NCBI GenBank assembly: GCA_022449945.1
Contig: JAKURM010000003.1
Coordinates: 1 to 61,473 of the forward strand
Length of the DNA: 61,473 nucleotides
Reading direction: 5' to 3'
DNA from: Candidatus Thalassarchaeum sp.
Lineage (GTDB): Archaea > Thermoplasmatota > Poseidoniia > Poseidoniales > Thalassarchaeaceae
Shown here: positions 54,767 through 61,473 of the stretch, one piece after another
Layout of the letters: the number at the start of each line of letters is the position of its first letter
How positions within the stretch are numbered: the first letter of the stretch is position 1
The notes under the pieces: generated by a model
Seen by the model: only the letters and a program-made list of their open reading frames with translations
The model's database searches: none
What the model was told of the DNA's origin: nothing
Position numbers and translations under genes: made by a program

Positions 54767-57700
54767 CAGCTTCCACCCCCGAATGTAGCAATCAGAGTGA
54801 GTATTCCCGAGGATACTGGCTCTGGCGCCATAATGTGACTGGTCGAGCCAGAGAATCCGGGTATCATATTCAACAGAGATAGGTCAGAAGCGAGTCCGTT
54901 TACACCGAGTGTTGTTCCTGTGGGCACCCCCCCAGTTGCCTGTGCATCCAACATTACCCCTCTGAGGTCGAAGTTTGTGCCACCGACATCTGCAGAAGCC
55001 CTTGCAGAGGCGATGATTCTGCCACTCTGGACATCCCTCACTTGGATGATGCTGTAGGGGCCGACTATCTCCTTAACGTGGATTGTGGCGCTCTTCAAGT
55101 TCTCACCAAGTGCCTCCATCTCTTCCAGGACCACTGGTGGAACCATCGGAATGTCTGTTGCTCGGATGTACAGCTTACTTACTCCGTCCCCACCTGATCT
55201 AATGTTAAGGCCATATGATTCGGTAGGCTTTACAGAGAGCCTGTCCGAGAGGCCCTCTGCCAACAGTACGATGTCACCCCTGCTGTTAATCGCCCGCCCT
55301 TGGGCCTCGATGTATAGCGACATTCCCTCCTTAGATGCTGAGAAGTCCAGAATTGGCAATCCTTGGAATGCGAGATTCTGAGTAATGTCGAAGTCCATGT
55401 CCGACTCGGTAGTTAGGTTCATCGAACCTGGGACCTGGGTAAGGAACATTGTTGCGGGCCACCAAGCTCCTTCCATCCATTGCATCTGTTGGAGCATAAT
55501 CGAGCCGACTCCAATGCCATCGGTCCTGAACTCCTCGGGAACCGTCATATCCATCGAAATCGCAGTTCCGATGCTGGCTTGGATTGCAACCGACTCCGGA
55601 ATGTCCTGCACCATGATCTCGGTCCTGCTTCCGGCCCCTCTGTCGAGAAGTAGCGCATGGAACCAATCGAGTCGGTTTGACATCCCATACAATGTAGATG
55701 TGGAGGTCTGGGTTACTCCTCCGATTGTCTGTATCCTGAATTCAGAATCGAGGACTACAGAGGTGTTTTCTCCTACATCTAGGCCTTCAAGGGTTAGGAA
55801 AAGATCCTGGCCATTCACTCCCTTGTATGATATGACCAGTTCGGAATTGAATGGTTTCCAGCCAACAAGACCAAGGCTAACATCCCACAGTTGTCCTTCC
55901 TCTATTGCAGTCCGAGAAACCGAGAGATCTACCTGTGCAGGGAGATTTGGAATCCACGTCTTTAGGTGGAATCCGTCAGAAATTCCCGAAGGCGCAGAAT
56001 TCAGGGCTACTCCATGGACCCATTCTGGCTCATCTACTGAAGGTTCTCCCATTGAAGACTGGACCGTTAGATCGAACTCTGAGTCAGAATCCAGTCCTAA
56101 TCCGAAAGAGAAGTCCTCCCCCCCAGAAGCAGAGCCAGTGGAGATGTCTGTGGTTATTCCCGCTAAAACTCCGTTCACTGATCTGCCCAAGTCTGCAAAG
56201 CCCCCGATGAAGAATGCCAATCCTGAAATCCCATTTGACGTATTCAACTCGGGAATATCCAGAGATGGGCCTGAACCCGAACCCGTCGGGATCTTCAATG
56301 ACAACCTGGGAGGCATTGGGTCTATCTCTGCTAAGACGGAAAGAGGCAGAAGCTCCGAAGTCGGTGCATTTCCTACATTGATCAAGAAGGGGTCCCGCCC
56401 TTCGAATGTTGCAAATGCCGTTCCCATCCCTGAAGGCCCTTGCGCCCCCTCTTCCAAGGGAGGTATCCAACCGACCTCGCTGATCCCAGAAATCGATGCG
56501 GATAGTGACGAAGTCTGGTTGCTTGGATCATGGTGGAACAAGAAGTGGTCACCGTTCATGGAAAGGGGGCTATTCGAATCGCTTAGTTGGGCCTCTATCT
56601 TACCTATTGGCAATGAAGACGAAAATGAAAGTACGGCGTCAGAAGTGGTGGAGAATGAGTCAGGAAGTCCCGTAATCCTAGCGGCCTGCCTCTGGAAACC
56701 CTCGGAGCCGGTGTATACGATTGATTCGATTGGAGACGATGCAGAGTACTCTTGTCCTTCAGGAGTGACGATTACTGAGATGCTATTGGGAAGGTCAGAT
56801 AGCCATAGCGACTGATGGTATGCACCACTAAGATTCCCAGTGTCGTGGTTTACGAAAGTAAACGCTATTGGCTCTGAGGAAAATGTGTCGAGGGACATAG
56901 TCTGCTGCTGGGATTCATTGGAGTCTGCGAATGAGAAGGCCTGTAGGCCGCTGAAGTTTATACTGGCAGCCACAGGAACTAGTGGATCCTTCAGACCATC
57001 ATCAGTCTGAATTTGCCCTAAACCACGGTCCTGTGCAAGCATTAGGTGATTACCCGGTACGGTCGGATGATTCGATGATCCTATCTGCATTGTTACGGAC
57101 TCTAATGACGAAGGGCTTCTAGACTCCAGCCAATTGTCTGTCATCAGGAGATTGATGTCCCGACCGGCAATCCCTCCTTCACCGGTTCCTCCGCTAATCA
57201 CGTTGACGACCGTCGAAGGGACGTCGTTCAGTACGTTACCAACATCCAAGAACACGTCGACGATGTTGAGTATTACAGAGTCCATTATCTTGGAAATGAA
57301 GTCAAGATTGTCTCCCGAGTCAAGTGAATTGTTGGCATCCGGAGAGCTACCCAGCCCGAATGAGCCGAATACTGCTACCGCGGTTGGAATAGAAGAGGCA
57401 AGAATGTGAATTCTCCTGTGATCGTCATCGGACCCACCCCTCGAGAACCACGAGGTATAGTCCAACAATTCCAACGGTTGGACTGAACGTAGGACAATGA
57501 GGCTTTCAGGAGGATCGGCTGGGTTAATTGGCAGAGTTGGGTCATCCACGTTCTGGCTACTGTCCCTGGTGAAATTCTTGATCCCTATTATCAAACCTAG
57601 CCTATCGGGTATTGACCCAGGCAGCTCCGGCTCGTCCGCCGAACCAAGCAACCTGAATACTCTCTCGATTTGGTTGTCAGTCAATGAACCCGCTGGCATT

Positions 57701-59136
57701 CCTCTGAACCACCCCATTGAGTCGGTAGTGTTTCCATGGTTTCCATCTGACTCTGACTGGGGGAGGTTTGAGCGGTCCTCGTAGAAATGGATGTGTAAAT
57801 CGGACCTTCTGTCCGCCCAGTACTCTATGGTCGTTAAGCTCCTCTCCCCTTCCATCCCTACTGAGGTGGGGAGTACGCTATCCGTTCTGATTACTACTTC
57901 GGCCTCTCTGGGCAGGAGTTCGGAGTTTCCATTCGGGTGGAACCTGACTTCAATGTAGGCTAGTTCCCACATGTCCCTGTTCCCATTGTCCGTAGGGGGG
58001 GAGAAGTGTACGTAGCCGAAACCGGCAGAAACTCCGCATGAAATATCGATGGACAACTTGGATTTTAGTTCGGTGGAGTTGTACCTGTCTGGGCACTCGT
58101 CCTGGCCCCCGTTGTCAAACCTGAGTGAGTATGGAGAGGATATCGCTGCGAATGTAATCCCTGACTCGGAAGGGGCACCCCCGATACCCAGCGTAAGAAG
58201 GGCAAATAGTGCATCCCCGAATCCAAAGGCCGCTTCTGACAGGTCGAAGTAGAAGCGCTCGATACCCACTTCGAATTTGAAGAATTCAGGAGGGGTAGTG
58301 AATCTCGAGTCTATCACCCAAATGTATGTCTCTCCCTCTCCCAGATTGAGAATGGTCCCCGAGTCTGAGTATGAGAATGCCTTGATCAGGGATACTTGCA
58401 AAGATTCCATATTGTCCCAATCAGGATCTGATGCGCTGTTTTCGATTTCCCTTACGGTGAACTCTATTCCGGGCTCAATCCAGAGAGTATCCCCTTCTAT
58501 CCCCCACCCACCAATAAATTCGACATCGACTCTGAGTCCTACTTGGATGTCATCGTCACCGTCATTGTCAACATCCACTGCATGAAGCAATGCTTCGGTC
58601 TCAGGATTCAGGATTGAAAGCAATGAGGCACTAAATGAGACGACCTCAATCTGTTCTACTACGGCTCCATTGCTGTCAGTGTATTGGGTCCAAATTACGT
58701 AGTCGGTAATGTTGAACAGGGTCTGCCAAATATTCTCAACAAACGCTGGAGGCCTCATTCCGGGGTTCAGAAGCATTTCGTAGGGAGCGGGATGGATAGG
58801 AGAAGGAGGGGAAGTATTTGTCATAGAGGCACCCTCCATCGCCGAGCCGACCAATGAAATTGGGCTCTCCGTGTCGGATTCCTTTACCGAGTCTCTGACC
58901 TGCTGTATTCTTGGTTCCGCCATAGATGAAATTGAGTTTGAATTGAGAATCTCACTCCGCTCTTGGAGCATTTCGTCTAGCTCATCAAGAACCCCGAAAT
59001 CTTTGGATTCGACCCTGGCCTCTCCACTCACAGCGTTCAACGGCGAGAAAAGTGGCATAATTAGCAAGGCTAGGCAGATTATGGCGATTTTTACGGAGGG
59101 TTCGGGATTCCTGCCATCACCAACTGGGTCGTCCAT
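54766..59136 (-). CDS. Giant (about 1457 aa) secreted/surface protein, unknown function
   Basis: Uninterrupted ORF. Start trimmed to ATG 59136 (MDDPVGDGRNPEPSVKIAIICLALLIMPLFSPLNAVSGEA, signal/TM), because the track start overlaps the upstream gene. The protein is acidic and S/T/D/G-rich, with no catalytic motif recognised. Confidence 0.6.
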   Translation of the reverse strand: MDDPVGDGRNPEPSVKIAIICLALLIMPLFSPLNAVSGEARVESKDFGVLDELDEMLQERSEILNSNSISSMAEPRIQQVRDSVKESDTESPISLVGSAMEGASMTNTSPPSPIHPAPYEMLLNPGMRPPAFVENIWQTLFNITDYVIWTQYTDSNGAVVEQIEVVSFSASLLSILNPETEALLHAVDVDNDGDDDIQVGLRVDVEFIGGWGIEGDTLWIEPGIEFTVREIENSASDPDWDNMESLQVSLIKAFSYSDSGTILNLGEGETYIWVIDSRFTTPPEFFKFEVGIERFYFDLSEAAFGFGDALFALLTLGIGGAPSESGITFAAISSPYSLRFDNGGQDECPDRYNSTELKSKLSIDISCGVSAGFGYVHFSPPTDNGNRDMWELAYIEVRFHPNGNSELLPREAEVVIRTDSVLPTSVGMEGERSLTTIEYWADRRSDLHIHFYEDRSNLPQSESDGNHGNTTDSMGWFRGMPAGSLTDNQIERVFRLLGSADEPELPGSIPDRLGLIIGIKNFTRDSSQNVDDPTLPINPADPPESLIVLRSVQPLELLDYTSWFSRGGSDDDHRRIHILASSIPTAVAVFGSFGLGSSPDANNSLDSGDNLDFISKIMDSVILNIVDVFLDVGNVLNDVPSTVVNVISGGTGEGGIAGRDINLLMTDNWLESRSPSSLESVTMQIGSSNHPTVPGNHLMLAQDRGLGQIQTDDGLKDPLVPVAASINFSGLQAFSFADSNESQQQTMSLDTFSSEPIAFTFVNHDTGNLSGAYHQSLWLSDLPNSISVIVTPEGQEYSASSPIESIVYTGSEGFQRQAARITGLPDSFSTTSDAVLSFSSSLPIGKIEAQLSDSNSPLSMNGDHFLFHHDPSNQTSSLSASISGISEVGWIPPLEEGAQGPSGMGTAFATFEGRDPFLINVGNAPTSELLPLSVLAEIDPMPPRLSLKIPTGSGSGPSLDIPELNTSNGISGLAFFIGGFADLGRSVNGVLAGITTDISTGSASGGEDFSFGLGLDSDSEFDLTVQSSMGEPSVDEPEWVHGVALNSAPSGISDGFHLKTWIPNLPAQVDLSVSRTAIEEGQLWDVSLGLVGWKPFNSELVISYKGVNGQDLFLTLEGLDVGENTSVVLDSEFRIQTIGGVTQTSTSTLYGMSNRLDWFHALLLDRGAGSRTEIMVQDIPESVAIQASIGTAISMDMTVPEEFRTDGIGVGSIMLQQMQWMEGAWWPATMFLTQVPGSMNLTTESDMDFDITQNLAFQGLPILDFSASKEGMSLYIEAQGRAINSRGDIVLLAEGLSDRLSVKPTESYGLNIRSGGDGVSKLYIRATDIPMVPPVVLEEMEALGENLKSATIHVKEIVGPYSIIQVRDVQSGRIIASARASADVGGTNFDLRGVMLDAQATGGVPTGTTLGVNGLASDLSLLNMIPGFSGSTSHIMAPEPVSSGILTLIATFGGGS

Positions 59137-59212
59137 ATTGGGCGCACCTCCTAGAGGTGCGCTATATGGTATTGCCCTGCGTGTACCATGCAGTATCGTT
59201 GTTTCAACGTAC

Positions 59213-61423
59213 TCAGAGGCTGACCAACTCTTCAGACCCGCAATGAGGGCAAATTGTGTAAGCTGTATCGATTCCTTCTGGTAATTCAAGTTCGAATGCT
59301 TTCGAACAAGATGAACAGTCCTTTCTGACATTTCTTGAGGAGTCTGCTTCAGTGGTTTGCACTCTTTCTTCAACTTCCAGGTAAGCTATTTCAGATGCTA
59401 ATTCGTCTTCCAGTGGGTTCATCTTCGGTTCCGATTCCGGGTTTACATCAATCAGATCGCTGATGTCAATTTCAACTTCATTCTGTACTTCTTTTTGGTA
59501 GGCTGACTGGAAAGGAGAGTTGGGCCTACTTTCCCACATTCCAATCTGACTCTGCGGTTGTTGAGAAATCTCCTCCTTTTCTTCCACTTCCTCTTGCTCA
59601 TCCTCTACAGTGATTTCGGACATTTTTCTCTTGACCGCGAGATTGAACGCGACGAACCCCCCAACAGCCAGCATTACAGCAGTAAAGGCGGCAATTATCA
59701 CCATGGAAAGGGTACCTAGGCCGCTTCCGCCTCCGTCGCTCTGGACTACCACTAGGAAATCTGCATAAGAGGCGAGGCCAGCATCGTTTTCCACTCGACA
59801 GTAGACGTTCTGTGGACCCTCTCCGCTGAACTCGTGGATTACTTGGGGCCCATTGAATTGAATCTCTTCATCAGTTCCCTGATTAATTATCCATGTGTAA
59901 GAGATTTCTGAGGATTGGTTGTCGATTGCAGAAATCTGGAAAATCACTGGATCTCCAGCTGTGACATCCACTTGGGAATTATAGGGCAATATTTCCGGTG
60001 GGGTGATGTCAACGAAGGAGACTTCCGTGTCACCCTGGGTGCTTCTTCCAGACTTGTCGGTTACAAGAAGCGAGACTATATGGGTCCCAGGAGAGTAGTC
60101 GTTTGTAACTTCAATAGATATGGAAGAAGAGCCTCCATCCACAGAGTAGTTTGACTCCAGAACGTTTCCGTCTATCATCCAATCTATCCTCTCTATTCCC
60201 CAGTTGTCACTGAAGGTTCCGCTGATTTCCAAGGCCTCTCCAAACCCCTTGATAATCGATTCACTGGAGCTCATGGAGACAACTGGATCCGATTTGTCGA
60301 CAACCGAGATTTCTCTTGTTGAGCTGGCACTTCTCGAGTCAATCGATGTAACTGATAGGCGAACTGGGTAGTTTCCAGGGGAGTCCCAGGAATGGGTTAC
60401 CGAGGTTCCCGAGGCATCTGAGACTCCATCGTCGTTGATGTCCCAAGAGAATCCTGGCTCCGGGATCTGATTCGAATTGTTTGGAGTACCCAAGGCAGAA
60501 AGGAGTACGGGTACCCCTACATCTACTGATTCCAAATCTGTCTCGCTGGAGATTGTTGGATCGAGTACTGGCGTAAGTGTAACAGTGACGGTTACTGCTG
60601 CGTGGGAAGTTCCTGCTCCCCCTCCCCCGGGTCCGGCCCTATTGTCCACTACGACATACAGATCCTCTCCCTCCGTGCCGGTGACTTCCCATGGCAGGTA
60701 TCTCTCGTTAGTGACCAGTAACATGTCTGCTGAGACTATTCTGGACGAGGACGACCAGTTGTCATTTGGGGAGTACAGAGAATAGGCTGTCTCGGTCATT
60801 ACGAAGATATCAGGAGACCCTTGCATGGTTCTTGCATAAATCTCCAGAAAGGTACCCTCGTCTACTGAAAATGGTCCTGCGGCTGAAGAGTAGCTTCCTG
60901 CTTCTACACGGTGTATTGAGTCTGCAAGTGTGAATACCTGGGGGGAGATTATCCCTGCTTCTAAAGAAGCCTCCACGACCTGTCCGCCTTGGGACCCTTG
61001 TCCAGCGTCGCTTGGGTGGGCGATGTTGTCTAACACCAAGTACCACCTTGTGGCTTCTCTATCACTTGGCACAGTCCAGTGCCATTCACCAGACCCGGAG
61101 AAGCCCTCGAAGACAGATTCGCGCTGCCAAACGGAGTCGATTCTGTAGGTTTGCTCGCTCTGGTAAATCGAAACGGTGCTTGCCGTGAAGAGGAGGACGT
61201 CGACATCGTGGTCGGCATCGACGTCGAAGAACAGGGTCTCGTCCGGCTGAAGCTCTCCTAGGTCCACTCGAATGCATGACTGGTCAGGAATACTCCAGTT
61301 TGAGGGGAGGGAGTCTAAGCTGGAGTTTGAGCATGAAATTACTCCCTTAGCAGATGGGTTTGCCATCGAGACCGTTGGAGCCACTAAGATGAGTGCAAAT
61401 GCTATCAGAAAGGACCGGTGCAT
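59213..61423 (-). CDS. PKD-domain surface protein with a TM anchor and a cytoplasmic C-terminal Zn-ribbon tail
   Basis: Signal peptide MHRSFLIAFALILVAPTVSMA. PKD-like FSWDINDDGVSDASGTSVTHSWDSPGNYPVRLSVTS. TM LSMVIIAAFTAVMLAVGGFVAFNLAV. A 139-aa acidic tail ending CSSCSKAF...CPHCGSEEL. Confidence 0.7.
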   Translation of the reverse strand: MHRSFLIAFALILVAPTVSMANPSAKGVISCSNSSLDSLPSNWSIPDQSCIRVDLGELQPDETLFFDVDADHDVDVLLFTASTVSIYQSEQTYRIDSVWQRESVFEGFSGSGEWHWTVPSDREATRWYLVLDNIAHPSDAGQGSQGGQVVEASLEAGIISPQVFTLADSIHRVEAGSYSSAAGPFSVDEGTFLEIYARTMQGSPDIFVMTETAYSLYSPNDNWSSSSRIVSADMLLVTNERYLPWEVTGTEGEDLYVVVDNRAGPGGGGAGTSHAAVTVTVTLTPVLDPTISSETDLESVDVGVPVLLSALGTPNNSNQIPEPGFSWDINDDGVSDASGTSVTHSWDSPGNYPVRLSVTSIDSRSASSTREISVVDKSDPVVSMSSSESIIKGFGEALEISGTFSDNWGIERIDWMIDGNVLESNYSVDGGSSSISIEVTNDYSPGTHIVSLLVTDKSGRSTQGDTEVSFVDITPPEILPYNSQVDVTAGDPVIFQISAIDNQSSEISYTWIINQGTDEEIQFNGPQVIHEFSGEGPQNVYCRVENDAGLASYADFLVVVQSDGGGSGLGTLSMVIIAAFTAVMLAVGGFVAFNLAVKRKMSEITVEDEQEEVEEKEEISQQPQSQIGMWESRPNSPFQSAYQKEVQNEVEIDISDLIDVNPESEPKMNPLEDELASEIAYLEVEERVQTTEADSSRNVRKDCSSCSKAFELELPEGIDTAYTICPHCGSEELVSL

Positions 61424-61473
61424 CGGGCGGCCGTCCGCCCGCTCCTTTTGAACGATATCGCAGTCGCGTTCAT

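Noticed and set aside
54766-54870. The C-terminus of the 1457-aa protein contains PGF (…MIPGFSGSTSHIMAPEPVSSGILTLIATFGGGS). This suggested a PGF-CTERM archaeosortase signal.
   Set aside because: The PGF is not directly followed by a full TM helix and basic tail. The hydrophobic stretch is short and the terminus is GGGS.
61424-61441. A GC hairpin, CGGGCGG-ccgt-CCGCCCG, immediately upstream of the PKD-protein ATG. On the plus strand it is followed by CTCCTTTT.
   Set aside because: It could be a terminator for a gene beyond the window or a 5' structure. It lies at the window edge with no context, and no plus-strand gene lies upstream of it within the window.
1-61473. The window was scanned for CRISPR arrays, rRNA or tRNA genes, integrases, transposases and reverse transcriptases.
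   Set aside because: No regularly spaced direct repeats, no rRNA- or tRNA-like segments, and no ORF with DDE, tyrosine-recombinase or RT motifs were recognised by eye. Absence cannot be proven without tools.

Overview
The window looks like an archaeal chromosome segment. Archaeal markers are archaeal-type ribosomal protein uS2, aIF-1A, a RIO kinase, a Dim2-like KH protein, Taw1, a Sec11-like signal peptidase, a presenilin-like protease, a TFB-like factor and an 11-subunit nuo operon lacking nuoEFG. The acidic proteome and giant surface proteins suggest a marine planktonic euryarchaeote of the MGII/MGIII type, but that is inference only.

Housekeeping content:
- guaB, msrA, serS, folC, dCMP deaminase, dus and rps2.
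- Bacterial-type groES-groEL.
- A leucine-catabolism-like cluster: carboxyltransferase, crotonase, biotin carboxylase, BT/BCCP.
- nuoABCDHIJKLMN.
- A ~14.5 kb co-directional block of giant membrane-anchored surface proteins, including a 1507-aa S8 subtilase.

The most unusual region is about 9.1-16.1 kb:
- A tightly coupled operon encodes a 72-aa beta-grasp/ubiquitin-like protein ending in GG-L, a minimal 219-aa ThiF/E1-like enzyme, a JAB/MPN+ peptidase and a 79-aa helical protein. No E2 is recognisable.
- It is followed by a divergent TFB-like factor.
- Next, convergently, come two large translationally coupled paralogous proteins of unknown function, each with an N-terminal Zn ribbon.

Other notable points are an in-frame TGA interrupting nuoM inside an otherwise intact nuo operon, large insertions in NuoI, NuoH and NuoL, and a split BC / BT-BCCP carboxylase subunit.

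I saw no rRNA, tRNA, CRISPR array, integrase or transposase. All domain calls come from motif reading by eye, with no searches run.
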